This document shows, one piece after another, positions 38,928 to 48,870 of a stretch of 64,000 nt of DNA. Location of the stretch: positions 36,875-100,874 of the forward strand of contig JBJTQJ010000021.1 in NCBI GenBank assembly GCA_046075565.1. The letters run 5' to 3'. A program made the translations under genes and the position numbers. The stretch's first letter is position 1, and each line of letters starts with the position of its first letter. The notes below the pieces were generated by a model. The model ran no database searches. It was not told where the DNA came from and saw only the letters and a program-made list of their open reading frames with translations. Origin of the DNA: Verrucomicrobiales bacterium. GTDB lineage: Bacteria; Verrucomicrobiota; Verrucomicrobiia; Verrucomicrobiales; SLCJ01.

Positions 38928-40256
38928 ATGACCACTCGGCCATTTTATTCCTGGGGTCGCCTCCGGTCCGCTTCGGCGGAAACCGCCCCGTATCATTGGA
39001 TCGATCAATCATTGCCCGTCAGCGGAAATGGTGAACTGCTCGCCTTCGGGCTCGGGCGATCGTATGGCGACAGCTGCCAACTCGAAGGAGGAAAAATGAT
39101 TTCCTCGTGGGCATTGGACCGCCTGCTCGCCTTCGATGAATCGACCGGCGAACTCACCGCCGAAGGCGGTGTAACCTTCGATGCCATTCTGCGTTTCTGC
39201 GTGCCGCGCGGATGGTTCCTGCCCACCACGCCGGGCACCAGATTTGTCACACTCGGCGGGGCCATCGCCAATGACGTGCATGGCAAGAACCACCATCTCG
39301 TCGGCACCATCGGCCATCATGTCACCAGCCTGCAACTTCTCCGCTCCGATGGCACACGTCTTGATTGTGCGCCCGGGAAAAACGAAGACTGGCTGCGCGC
39401 CACCATCGGCGGACTCGGCCTCACGGGATTGATCACGAAGGCCACCTTGCGGCTCTCGCGCATCCGCACGGCTTGGATTGATGTGGAATACGAACGATTC
39501 GCCGGTGTTCCCGCCTTCAATGCCCTCACGGAGAAGTCCGCTGCCACCCACGAGCATACCGTGGCTTGGCTCGATTGCCTTGGCTCGGGGTCGTCGTTCG
39601 CACGCGGCATCTTCATGCGGGGGAATTCCGCCGCCGAAGCCCCGCGCGGCACGAAGAATCCGCTCATTCCGCATTCGGCTCCGAAACTCGATGTGCCGAT
39701 CAATTTTCCTTCCTTCACGTTGAACCAGCTCACCGTGAAAGCTTTCAACACCCTCTACTATGCCCGGGCCAGCGGAGGCAGCAAACGCTTCCAACAACAT
39801 TACGCGCCCTTCTTCTATCCTCTCGATGGCGTGAATCGTTGGAACCGCATCTACGGCAAAGCCGGATTTTTCCAATACCAGTGTGTCATACCCCGTGCGG
39901 CCGGAGCCGATCCCATGGAGGAAATCCTCCGCCGTATCGCGCGCTCCGGCCAGGCTTCCTTCCTCGCCGTGCTCAAGGTCTTCGGCGATCAAGCGCCACC
40001 GGGTTTGTTATCTTTTCCTCGCGCCGGCATGACCCTCGCGCTCGACTTCCCCAACCGCGGGGCGAGCACCCTCGCGCTCTTCGACGATCTCGACGCTATC
40101 GTGCGGGCTGCCGGTGGACGTCTGTATCCCGCCAAGGACGCCCGCATGAAACCGGAGGACTTCCATCACGGTTATCCGGAACTGGAAAAATTCCGCGCCT
40201 ATCTCGACCCCGCGTTTTCCTCCGACTTCTGGAAACGTATGCACCGACCATCATGA
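38928..40256 (+). CDS. DprE1-like FAD oxidoreductase (polyprenylphosphoryl-ribose 2'-oxidase)
   Basis: GLGRSYGD, PGTRFVTLGGAIANDVHGKNHH, WNRIYG, QYQ, TLALDF, YPAKD. Confidence 0.9.
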   Translation: MTTRPFYSWGRLRSASAETAPYHWIDQSLPVSGNGELLAFGLGRSYGDSCQLEGGKMISSWALDRLLAFDESTGELTAEGGVTFDAILRFCVPRGWFLPTTPGTRFVTLGGAIANDVHGKNHHLVGTIGHHVTSLQLLRSDGTRLDCAPGKNEDWLRATIGGLGLTGLITKATLRLSRIRTAWIDVEYERFAGVPAFNALTEKSAATHEHTVAWLDCLGSGSSFARGIFMRGNSAAEAPRGTKNPLIPHSAPKLDVPINFPSFTLNQLTVKAFNTLYYARASGGSKRFQQHYAPFFYPLDGVNRWNRIYGKAGFFQYQCVIPRAAGADPMEEILRRIARSGQASFLAVLKVFGDQAPPGLLSFPRAGMTLALDFPNRGASTLALFDDLDAIVRAAGGRLYPAKDARMKPEDFHHGYPELEKFRAYLDPAFSSDFWKRMHRPS

Positions 40257-41026
40257 GTTCGACATCAACATCCAACGGCTTCCGCAAGGCCGTCATCATC
40301 GGAGCCACCTCCGCCATCGCGCGCGAGATCGCCCGCGCCCTCGCCGGTGATCGTCGGCATTCTGGAATTACCTTCCATTTGTTAGGACGCGATCGCGAGC
40401 GCCTCGAAGCGGTCGCTGCCGACCTCCGGCTTGCTTCCGGGGTGGAGGTCACGCTCGCCACCGTGGACTTCGCGGCTGGCACCACCGAGTGGGATCAAGC
40501 CCTGCGCCTGCCCGATGGGTCTGCGCCCGATCTCGTGCTCATCGCCGCCGCCGCCATGCCCGCGCAGGATGCGATGGAAAAGGACGCCGCCCTGTTGGCT
40601 GGCATGATCGAATTGAACATCTCCACCACCGCCAGTCAATGCCTGGCCGCCGCCCGACTCATGCGCGATAACGGGGGCACGCTCGGCGTCATTGGATCGG
40701 TGGCCGGCGACCGTGGCAAAGGTTCGAATTTCCTCTACGGAGCCGGCAAACGCGCCCTCGAAACCATGCTCGAAGGACTCGAACACAAACTCGGGCCGTC
40801 CTCGACCGTGCGCGTCTGTTTACTCAAACCCGGCTTCGTCGAATCACCGATGACGGCCGGTATGCCGCCTTCGCCGCTTTTCACCTCCGCCCCTGCGGCT
40901 GGAAAACTCTGCGCCCGCGCCCTCACCAAAGGAAAACGGGTCGCCTATATCCCCGGATGGTGGAAATGTATCCTGCTCGTCATTCGTCTGCTGCCACGAC
41001 CGATCTTCCTGCGGGTGAAGTTCTGA
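40253..41026 (+). CDS. DprE2-like short-chain dehydrogenase/reductase
   Basis: IGATSAIA, GSVAGDRG..SNFLYGAGK, KPGFVESPMT; ATGA overlap with dprE1. Confidence 0.88.
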   Translation: MSSTSTSNGFRKAVIIGATSAIAREIARALAGDRRHSGITFHLLGRDRERLEAVAADLRLASGVEVTLATVDFAAGTTEWDQALRLPDGSAPDLVLIAAAAMPAQDAMEKDAALLAGMIELNISTTASQCLAAARLMRDNGGTLGVIGSVAGDRGKGSNFLYGAGKRALETMLEGLEHKLGPSSTVRVCLLKPGFVESPMTAGMPPSPLFTSAPAAGKLCARALTKGKRVAYIPGWWKCILLVIRLLPRPIFLRVKF

Positions 41027-41277
41027 GATGCGACGTGGCGAGTCGGAATCATGCGTTGAGATGATCTGTGAGGCGTCCAGGTCAGACACCGCGCCCATGC
41101 TCGTGTGCGGTGGATGTTTTGGATTGCGCCGGCAGAGCGAGCCAATGGGGGTTTCCCCGCCAAGGAGGTTTCTCTGGCGATTGTTTTTAGGTTCTTCGTG
41201 AAATCGGGTGGAATTTTATTGTCTTGCTCTGCGTTCCCCTTCGGAGCGCTTGATGGAGCAGAGACAGGCAAGCACTG

Positions 41278-41362
41278 AACCCCAACGGGGTTCCGCCCCA
41301 AAGCCCGGGGTTGCCCCGCTTGCGGGGCTACCCCGGGCGCTGGGACACAATCCCTTCGGGAT
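41278..41362. repeat. Composite palindromic repeat (AACCCCAACGGGGTT family)
   Basis: AACCCCAACGGGGTT, nested CCCGGGGTTGCCCCGCTTGCGGGGCTACCCCGGG and ATCCCTTCGGGAT hairpins. Confidence 0.65.
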
Positions 41363-41720
41363 AAGGGAACCCCTGCGAGATGGCTAATGTGGAAGGGATC
41401 AGAGACAGCCAAGAAAAGTCGGCATCGCTGTGTCGCACAAAAGCTGACAGGTGTCAACTCGCGGAAGGTTAGCATAAGACAGCTCCGTGAATTTGCCTGC
41501 CACCGGAAAAGAATCAATCCTCAGCCCGCTCATTTTGCCGAAGGAAATTCTCCAGCCATTACCGGTGCTTGCATGAGAGGGTTTGGCTTCCTTCCCGTCC
41601 TCGTGAGGCGCAGCCGCGAAAAAACCCACCCCGCGCCCGCACGGCGGCTTGCAAGATCCCGCCCGCTGGCGGAGTAATACTGTGCCACCGCCCCCCCGGC
41701 AGTCCAAAACGCATCTCCAC

Positions 41721-43529
41721 ATGAGCGAATCAACCGGTCCATCAAAGTGCGCTTTTCCCAGCGCCCGATTTGTCACCCTCACCCTCGTCGCCATCGCCGG
41801 CATCGCGGGAGTGCTCGCCCTCGCCCTCAAACTTCCCTACGGAACCGGCCAACAAAACGAGTTTTTCCTCTTTGTCGGGCGCTTCCATCCGCTGGTCGTC
41901 CACTTGCCCATCGCGTTGATCCTGTTGGTCGGGCTCATGGAAGTTTTGGCCTGCTTCAAGGCCTTCCAGCACCTGCGCAGTTCGATTCTCACCATTCTGC
42001 TCATCGCCGCGCTGAGTTCAGGCCTCGCCGTCCTGCACGGTAGCCTGCTCGCCTCCGGCGGCGGGGACAACAGCGAAACCCTGAACGACCACCTCTGGTC
42101 CGGCGTGGCATTTTCCATCATGGCCTTCGCCTTGCTCCCGTTGCGTGTGCTCGCCAGCGCCTGCACAAACGGTCTTGCTCGTGGAGCCTACACCTTGCTG
42201 CTCACGGGGACCATCTTGACACTTTTTATCGCCAGCCACCTCGGCGGCAACCTCACTCATGGTCCGGACTATCTGGTGAAATACATGCCGGAAAACATGA
42301 GAGCGGTGGTTCGGAAACTCCCCGCGTCCGTGCGTGATTTCATCGGTGTCAAACCGGCGGCGGTGGTCGCGGATGCGGCCGCCCCCATGGCCGAGCCAAC
42401 ACTCTATGAAGCGGTCATTGCTCCGGGCTTCGAAGCCCGTTGTGTCTCCTGCCACAATCCGGATAAGACCAAGGGCGGTTTGCGCATGGACACGCTGGCC
42501 GAGTTGATGAAAGGCGGCAAGAATGGTCCGGCCATCACGCTTGGGGATCTCGCGAAGAGCGAGACCCATGTGCGGGTGACCTTACCGGAAGACGATGTGG
42601 ACTTCATGCCACCGGATGGAAAACCTGCCTTGTCGAAAGAAGAAGTCGCGCTCCTGACCTGGTGGATCGAATCGAAACTTCCCGGCGAGACACTGGTGAG
42701 CGCCATTCCGAATCCGCCCGCCGAAGTGAAAAAGGCCATCGACGATTTCATGGCGAAAGCAAAGACCAAGGCTGTGGCGGCGACCACACCCGCTGCCCCG
42801 ACGGTTGACCCCGCCGTGGCCATGGCCGCGTTAGAAAAATCCATCAAGGCCGTCAACCAAGGCTGGTCTGGAAGACTGATGCCGATTTCACGTGCAGCGG
42901 CCGATGGAATTGAAATGACCGCCGTGAGTTCCGGTCCTTCGTTCGACGACGCGGCTCTCGCGAAAATCTCTCCCGTCGCCGCCGAGCTGCGTGCGGTTGA
43001 CTTGTCCCGCACCAGCGTGACCGACGCGGGATTGCAGCCGCTTGCCGCTGCCACCGGACTGAAAAAGCTCCGCCTCGACAACACGAAGGTCGGCAATGCC
43101 GGAATCGCTCTTCTGGCGAACCTGCCTGCCGTCGAATCGCTCAATCTTTTCGGAAGTGCCGTCGATGATCAAGCCATCGAATCGCTGGTCAAGATGCGTG
43201 GACTGAAGAAGCTCTATATTGGAAACACCAAATTCACCAAGCCCGGGCTCGATAAACTGCGCGCCGATCTTCCAGGATGCGAAGTCTATTCAACACTCGA
43301 ACCTTTGCCTGAAGCGAAAGTGATTGAAGCCCCCGCTCCCCCGAAAAAACCGGATCCGGCCAAGCAGCCGAAACCCCCAGGCGGAAACAAACCGAAGCCC
43401 GCGGCACCTGATCCGAAGAAACCGGCTCCCCAGCCAGCTCCCCAGCCAGCTCCCGCCCAGCCAACTCCCGCCCAGCCAGCTCCCGCCCAGCCAGCTCCTG
43501 CAGAGCCGGCGCCGGGGAATCCTACGTGA
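41721..43529 (+). CDS. Membrane DUF2231-like domain + planctomycete-type cytochrome c + leucine-rich repeat protein
   Basis: GRFHPLVVHLPI, HLGGNLTHG, CVSCH...KGGLRMD...MPP, LRR units (LDNTKV, LNLFGS), Pro/Ala tail. Confidence 0.85.
   Translation: MSESTGPSKCAFPSARFVTLTLVAIAGIAGVLALALKLPYGTGQQNEFFLFVGRFHPLVVHLPIALILLVGLMEVLACFKAFQHLRSSILTILLIAALSSGLAVLHGSLLASGGGDNSETLNDHLWSGVAFSIMAFALLPLRVLASACTNGLARGAYTLLLTGTILTLFIASHLGGNLTHGPDYLVKYMPENMRAVVRKLPASVRDFIGVKPAAVVADAAAPMAEPTLYEAVIAPGFEARCVSCHNPDKTKGGLRMDTLAELMKGGKNGPAITLGDLAKSETHVRVTLPEDDVDFMPPDGKPALSKEEVALLTWWIESKLPGETLVSAIPNPPAEVKKAIDDFMAKAKTKAVAATTPAAPTVDPAVAMAALEKSIKAVNQGWSGRLMPISRAAADGIEMTAVSSGPSFDDAALAKISPVAAELRAVDLSRTSVTDAGLQPLAAATGLKKLRLDNTKVGNAGIALLANLPAVESLNLFGSAVDDQAIESLVKMRGLKKLYIGNTKFTKPGLDKLRADLPGCEVYSTLEPLPEAKVIEAPAPPKKPDPAKQPKPPGGNKPKPAAPDPKKPAPQPAPQPAPAQPTPAQPAPAQPAPAEPAPGNPT
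43422..43510 (+). repeat. Coding tandem repeat (12-15 bp, CAGCCAGCTCCCGCC) encoding PAPAQ
   Basis: Directly visible tandem units in the 3' end of the cytochrome/LRR gene. Confidence 0.8.
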
Positions 43530-43535
43530 GCTCCT

Positions 43536-44144
43536 TTATCCGGGGAAGCGATCGGTGATCACCACTTCGCTGTCGGGGAGACGGTCGCCGCGTGGCCAGG
43601 CCGGTTTCGTTTGTTTGCCGATGGCCAGCATGAAACTGATGGCGTAATCCTCGGGAAGGCGGATAAGTTTGGCGACAGCATCGGCATCAAAGCCAACCAT
43701 AGGGCAGGAATCATAACCCATCCCGCGGGCGGCCAGCATGAGGGTCATCCCCGCGAAACCTGTCGAGCGCATTCCTTCATCGCGGGTCAGCGTCGGCTTG
43801 CCTTCATAAAATGGCGTGAGCGCGGGCACGAGGATGTCTTGCACTTCCTTCGGGGCGTGCGCCCAATAACGGGCGGGATTTTTCACGTGCGCGGTGAGAT
43901 CGGCGCAGAGAATCACCAGAAGCGAGGCATCGGTCACCTGGGCTTGGTTCCAGGCGACGGCGCGGATTTCCTTGCGCAGTTCCGGATCGCGAACGAGCAC
44001 GAAGCGTTAGTTCTGCATGTTGAAGGACGAGGGGGCGAGTTTCGCCAACTCGATGAGACGGGCGATTTCTTCCTCGGTCAGGCGGTGATCGGGGTCGAAA
44101 TGTTTTACGGCACGGCGGGATTCGATGGCTTCCTGTGTGGTCAT
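43536..44144 (-). pseudogene. Nitroreductase family gene interrupted by in-frame TAA (codon 46, 44007-44009)
   Basis: MTTQEAIESRRAVKHF...APSSFNMQN*RFVLVRD...GYDSCPMVGFD. Confidence 0.88.
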
Positions 44145-44227
44145 GGCGGACGACAATACGACCGTGACCAGAGAACGAAGCGGGAATTTTCAAATCAGCA
44201 CCACTAACCCGCGGATCTTTGTCCTTG

Positions 44228-44833
44228 TTACTTGGCCATCGCATCGAGCGATTGGCGGACGAATTTTCCGATCATGTCGAACTCGAGGTTGACGGTCTCG
44301 CCGAGGCGCAGGGAGTGGAGGCGGGTGATCTGCCAGGTGTGGGGGATGATATAACAAGTCACTTCATCTCCCGAGACGGCGGCGGCGGTGAGGGAACATC
44401 CGTCGATGGCGATGGAGCCGCGGGGGATGATCTGACGGGCCCCGCCCGCTGGCAATTGCACACGCAGGATGTGGTCTTGCCCTTGTTCTTCGAGCGCGGT
44501 GATGGTGCCGGTGCCATCGACATGCCCCTGGACCATGTGGCCGGAGAGGCGGTCGCCGAGGCGGAGCGAGCGTTCGAGATTGACGAGGGAGCCGATGGCG
44601 AGAGCGCCGAGATTCGTCACATCGAGGGTTTCCCTGAGCAGGTCGAAGCCGATGCTCGACGCTGCGGGATGGATGCGGGTGGCGGTGAGACAGCAGCCAT
44701 TGACCGCGACCGATTCGCCCTCGGTGAGTTCGCCCACGGGGAGTCCGCTGGAAGTGATGGTGATGCGGCCACCACCGGGCTTGGGATCAATGGCGGTGAC
44801 GCGGCCGGTGGATTCAATGATGCCGGTGAACAT
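44228..44833 (-). CDS. ribE: Riboflavin synthase (alpha chain)
   Basis: MFTGIIE, GESVAVNGCCLT, VNLER, GHMVQGHVDG, IPHT, VNLEFD. Confidence 0.96.
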   Translation of the reverse strand: MFTGIIESTGRVTAIDPKPGGGRITITSSGLPVGELTEGESVAVNGCCLTATRIHPAASSIGFDLLRETLDVTNLGALAIGSLVNLERSLRLGDRLSGHMVQGHVDGTGTITALEEQGQDHILRVQLPAGGARQIIPRGSIAIDGCSLTAAAVSGDEVTCYIIPHTWQITRLHSLRLGETVNLEFDMIGKFVRQSLDAMAK

Positions 44834-44869
44834 GATGGTCCGGCACGGTGGGCCGGAAATGGGGGTGCG

Positions 44870-46549
44870 TCAATGGACGGCTGGCGCGTTGGTCTCCGTG
44901 CCGGGTGTCGTGGCGGGCGCGACGGCCGCTGGTTTTTTCTCCGCGTGTTGTTTGGCACTGGGCGGGACTTCCTTGAAGTTGGGCAGGAGAGTGAATGCCA
45001 TGTAGCAGAAAATGGTCGGCACGATGGCTCCGAGGGCGAGGCCGAGCGGGCTCACGCCGCCTTTGAAGAAGCGAGCGAGGATCGACTGGCCGGCCGGGTT
45101 GGGGGCATTGGCGATCACGGTGAGGCCACCGCCCGTGACGGCTCCCGCGACGACGGCGAGTTTGCTGGCGGCGGAGATATCCGGCACCTGCGCCGCGAGG
45201 TAGGTGATAGCCGCGTTGTCGTTGAAGGCGGTGAGAATGGTGGCCCCGAGCATGAGCCAGTTGGCTTCGAGGTTCTGGATGATCGGTTCGATCCACCAGC
45301 TCTGGCAGCCACCGTGGATGATCAAGCCGGCGAGGAAGAAACCGACGAGAATCGGACCGCGCAGGCGGATGGAATTCTGGTGGTGCTCGGTGGCGAAGAC
45401 GAAGGCGAGGAAAAAGAGAAAGCCGCCGATGAAGAGCACGGGCGTGTGCACGTTGATGACCGTCCACAGCAAGGCGAGAATATGCACCGCGGTGATCCAA
45501 TGTGGGATGGGATCCTCGCGGTCGGTCCAGGCGGCGGCATGGAGCACACCATCTTCACAACCATCGGTGGCGTCGGCCATGCGCCGGAGTTCTTTGGCAA
45601 AAAAGGCGTAGTAGAGGATATTTGAAGCGAGGATGGCGATCACCGTCTTCCAACCGAAATTGGCCAGCATGAAGGGCGTGGTCCAGTTCCAGGTCGAGGC
45701 GACCATCAACACGGGTGGTGCGGCGAAATGCGTGAGCGCCCCACCGACCGAGACATTGACGAATAACAAACCGATGGTGGCGTAGGCGAAAACGGTTCCG
45801 GGTTTGTAGCGGTAGAATTTCTTCGCGAGTAGGAGCGCACCGATGGTGATGGCGGCCGGTTCGGTGATGAAACTTCCGAGGATGGGCGTGATGGTGAGGA
45901 TGGAGACCCACCATGCGGCGAGTGAGCCTTTGCCGAGACGGGCCGCGATCTGGACGACACTCTCCGCGAAACGGAGCACGGGCCGGCTCGATGCGATGGC
46001 CATGATGATGACGACAAAAATCGGCTCCACGAAGGCGCGGTCGTATTGCACGTAGTTGGTGAAGTCATGCCAGCTGTAAAAGCCGATAGCGGCGATGGCT
46101 AGCGCGATCACCCATAACCCGAAGATGGCCTCCACTTCGCCGAGGAAATGCAGCATCGTCGCTTTGAAACTCACCTCGGCGCGGGCCTCCGGATGGCGTT
46201 CGCCGGCAGGCAACAGGGCCTCGCGCGCTTCAACCTTTTTGCGATGTTCGGCTTCCACACGGTGGGCCCAGCGGTTGAAGAATCCGGCGGCAAACGTGTG
46301 CAGGATGGCGCAAAGGAAAATGATGCTGGCCACCAGATTGAAGGGATCGCGTTTGATGCGGCTGGACAAAGTGGCACCGAGGCCGTCCACTTTTTCATAC
46401 TCCTTCACCGGCACCGGGAAGTGGGAAAATTGTCCGTGTTCCGGCCAGGCCTTGGGAGGGGGATTTCCTCCCGAAGCAACCGCCGAAGAGGGGGAAAAAA
46501 ACGAAACCAGCAGAAGGATCAGGAACGAGAGGTAGGTGGAACGCGCCAT
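44870..46549 (-). CDS. Putative Na+/H+ antiporter (DUF1504 family)
   Basis: HFLGEVEAIFGLW, GSFITEPAA, NVSVGGALTHFAAPPVLM, TAFNDNAAITY, GGGLTVIANAPNPAG. Confidence 0.85.
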   Translation of the reverse strand: MARSTYLSFLILLLVSFFSPSSAVASGGNPPPKAWPEHGQFSHFPVPVKEYEKVDGLGATLSSRIKRDPFNLVASIIFLCAILHTFAAGFFNRWAHRVEAEHRKKVEAREALLPAGERHPEARAEVSFKATMLHFLGEVEAIFGLWVIALAIAAIGFYSWHDFTNYVQYDRAFVEPIFVVIIMAIASSRPVLRFAESVVQIAARLGKGSLAAWWVSILTITPILGSFITEPAAITIGALLLAKKFYRYKPGTVFAYATIGLLFVNVSVGGALTHFAAPPVLMVASTWNWTTPFMLANFGWKTVIAILASNILYYAFFAKELRRMADATDGCEDGVLHAAAWTDREDPIPHWITAVHILALLWTVINVHTPVLFIGGFLFFLAFVFATEHHQNSIRLRGPILVGFFLAGLIIHGGCQSWWIEPIIQNLEANWLMLGATILTAFNDNAAITYLAAQVPDISAASKLAVVAGAVTGGGLTVIANAPNPAGQSILARFFKGGVSPLGLALGAIVPTIFCYMAFTLLPNFKEVPPSAKQHAEKKPAAVAPATTPGTETNAPAVH

Positions 46550-46638
46550 GGAAGTGAGCGAGGTATCGGGGGAACGGAAAACCGTTAACGCGGGGTAAGT
46601 CCATGTCAATCGCGGGCGCCGTCCTCGACAAGCGGCCA

Positions 46639-46654
46639 AGCATGTGGTATGCCA
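46639..46654 (-). promoter_or_regulatory. Candidate sigma54 (-24/-12) promoter
   Basis: TGGCATACCACATGCT (GG-N10-GC) about 90 nt upstream of the antiporter ATG. Confidence 0.45.
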
Positions 46655-46660
46655 TGCGCC

Positions 46661-47593
46661 ATGCCCACGCTTGTCCGGCTTTGCGCCTGTCTGCTTTCCT
46701 GCTGCCTTGCCGGAGGGTGTTTGTCGTTGCCGAGAAAGGAGAGCCGCGATGATGCGGAAGTGGGAACCTTGCCGGGGAAATTGGTCGAAGATGCTTCTGC
46801 CGGCGTGGAGTCGGCCTTGGCCAGGGCGGGGGTTTCGCTCGCGGACCTGCCGGAGGATCTCGCCGCCCCCATGCCCGGCGAAGGCGCCGTCGTGGAAGGC
46901 GGAGTGCTGCCGACCGAACTCCCTGAACTTGGCGAGGATTTGGAGGAGACTTTGCCAGAGGTGTTGCTGGGCGGCGAATCCGCAGACGCGCCCGGTGGAT
47001 GGCATCGGAGTGGCGAACGCGCCCTCGAACTGGCCCGCGGACGCGGCGTTCCTCTGGTGATTTGGTTTGCCAACCCGACCACGGGCCCCCTCGACGAGCG
47101 ACTGGGCATTAAGGTCCTCTTTGACCCTGCGGTGTCCCGGCTCCTCTCCCGGCAGGCGGTCGGGCTCAAAATCGATTTCGGAAACGAAACCACCCGGCTC
47201 AGCAACTACTACCAGGCTTTCCGCAAGAAATACAAGGTTACCGGCTATCCGACCCTGGTTTTCCTCCAGCCCGATGGGACCGAGGTCACCCGGCAGATCG
47301 GCTTCGCGGCTGGGACGGAGGCCGCTCGAATCCAGAATTTCGGTTTTGCCATCGAACGGGCGGCCAAAGCCTGGCAAAACCGGAAAAAAGACCTCGAAAA
47401 ATCCGGGTTCAAGACCTGGAAAGACCGCTCGGGGCGGACATTTTTCGCCAAACCCCTCCGCCGTGAAGGGAAGGAAATGGTCCTCATTGACCCCTACCGG
47501 CGCATTTACCGGGTTCCTTTGGAGCGGCTCGCCCATGAGTCCTTGGTCGATGCCCTGGATATTCAGGAGCCCGCGCCCTCGCGGAAAGAATAA
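46661..47593 (+). CDS. Lipoprotein with thioredoxin-like fold (no CxxC) and C-terminal SHD1-like domain
   Basis: LAGGC lipobox-like motif, KYKVTGYPTLV, FKTWKDRSGRTFFA. Confidence 0.7.
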   Translation: MPTLVRLCACLLSCCLAGGCLSLPRKESRDDAEVGTLPGKLVEDASAGVESALARAGVSLADLPEDLAAPMPGEGAVVEGGVLPTELPELGEDLEETLPEVLLGGESADAPGGWHRSGERALELARGRGVPLVIWFANPTTGPLDERLGIKVLFDPAVSRLLSRQAVGLKIDFGNETTRLSNYYQAFRKKYKVTGYPTLVFLQPDGTEVTRQIGFAAGTEAARIQNFGFAIERAAKAWQNRKKDLEKSGFKTWKDRSGRTFFAKPLRREGKEMVLIDPYRRIYRVPLERLAHESLVDALDIQEPAPSRKE

Positions 47594-47611
47594 AAAATTT
47601 TATATCGCCAC

Positions 47612-47639
47612 TTGCAGGGTGCTGGAAAGGTGCTAGCAT
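47612..47639 (+). promoter_or_regulatory. Promoter of the rpmJ-rpsD operon
   Basis: TTGCAG-16 nt-TAGCAT with extended TG and an AT-rich UP-like tract upstream. Confidence 0.5.
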
Positions 47640-47712
47640 TTCCTCCCCTTCCGCCCGGTCCAAGCGTCCCTAGGACCGGAGCCACAAGGAAAAATCGTCC
47701 AGTTTCACCGCC

Positions 47713-47826
47713 ATGAAAGTCCGTCCTTCTGTCAAACGCCTCTGCGAATCCTGCGCCATTATCCGCCGGAACGGGGTGGTTCGTATCATTTGCAAAAACC
47801 CCCGCCACAAGCAACGCCAAGGCTGA
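47713..47826 (+). CDS. rpmJ: 50S ribosomal protein L36 (missing from the ORF track)
   Basis: [37 protein letters not shown]. Confidence 0.97.
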   Translation: MKVRPSVKRLCESCAIIRRNGVVRIICKNPRHKQRQG

Positions 47827-47873
47827 AGCCGGGAAACAAATTTTTATCTCAATTCTGAAAGGATTCTACCATC

Positions 47874-48257
47874 ATGCCACGGCTTCTGGGTGTTGACATT
47901 CCAAACGACAAACGCATCGAGGTTTCCCTGCCTTACATTTTCGGCATCGGGAAGCCCATGGCCATCCGCGTCCTCCGCGAGGCCAATATTGACGGCGACC
48001 TGCGCGCCGGCGAACTGACCGACGAGCAGCTCAATGCCATCGTGCACGTCATTTCCGCCCACAATCTTCTCATCGAAGGCGACCTTCGCCGCGACACCCA
48101 GCAGAACCTCAAGCGTCTCCAGCAAATCGGCTCCTACCGTGGCCTTCGCCACCGCAAAGGCTTGCCGGTCCGCGGCCAGCGCACCTCCACCAACGCCCGC
48201 ACCCGCAAAGGTCCCCGAAAGACCATCGGCGCGGCCAAGAAGATGACGAGCAAGTAA
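47874..48257 (+). CDS. rpsM: 30S ribosomal protein S13
   Basis: GVDIPNDKR, EGDLRR, YRGLRHRKGLPVRGQRT. Confidence 0.98.
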   Translation: MPRLLGVDIPNDKRIEVSLPYIFGIGKPMAIRVLREANIDGDLRAGELTDEQLNAIVHVISAHNLLIEGDLRRDTQQNLKRLQQIGSYRGLRHRKGLPVRGQRTSTNARTRKGPRKTIGAAKKMTSK

Positions 48258-48299
48258 GCCCGGCCCTTTACCAATCCACACCGAAAACGACTGACCACC

Positions 48300-48833
48300 A
48301 TGGCGGAAGAACAGGAAATTCCAACGGGCGCCCCGGCCGAAGCCGCGCCCGCCACCCCCGCGGCCGCGCCCGCAGCCACCGCCCCGACTGGCGGTTCCAA
48401 GCGCGAGGAGCGCAAAGACATCTTCGCGGAAATCGAAGGTGCCAACCCCGAGCAGCCCAAGATTGTCAAGGCCAAGGGCAGCAAGAACATTTCCACCGGC
48501 ATCGTCCATGTGACCGCCTCCTTCAACAACACGAAGGTCAGCGTCACCGACCTGCGCGGCAATGTCATCGGCTGGTCCTCGTCCGGCAAACTCGGATTCA
48601 AAGGCTCCCGTAAATCCACCGCCTACGCCGCCCAGTTGGTTTCCCAAGACGCCTGCCGTCAGGCCATGGGCCACGGCCTCCGCGAAGTCGAAGTCCGCGT
48701 CAAAGGCCCCGGTGCCGGACGCGAATCCGCCGTGCGCGCCCTTCAAGCCCTCGGTGTCGAAGTCACCCTTATCAAAGACGTCACCCCGATCCCGCACAAC
48801 GGCTGCCGCCCGCCGAAAGCCCGCCGCGTCTGA
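48300..48833 (+). CDS. rpsK: 30S ribosomal protein S11 with Ala/Pro-rich N-terminal extension
   Basis: [48 protein letters not shown]. Confidence 0.98.
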   Translation: MAEEQEIPTGAPAEAAPATPAAAPAATAPTGGSKREERKDIFAEIEGANPEQPKIVKAKGSKNISTGIVHVTASFNNTKVSVTDLRGNVIGWSSSGKLGFKGSRKSTAYAAQLVSQDACRQAMGHGLREVEVRVKGPGAGRESAVRALQALGVEVTLIKDVTPIPHNGCRPPKARRV

Positions 48834-48870
48834 TCTTCCAGCCCTTCACCAACTCAACGGATAAATTATC

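Noticed and set aside
41027..41720. Riboswitch, ncRNA or gene remnant in the long intergenic region
   Set aside because: No recognisable riboswitch consensus or protein motif beyond the palindromic repeat; an Rfam scan would be needed
44870..47536. 888-aa ORF as a single fusion protein (likewise extended starts at 9574-10743, 35804, 39566, 55447-56739)
   Set aside because: The N-terminal extensions overlap real opposite-strand or upstream genes; homology begins only at the downstream start codons used
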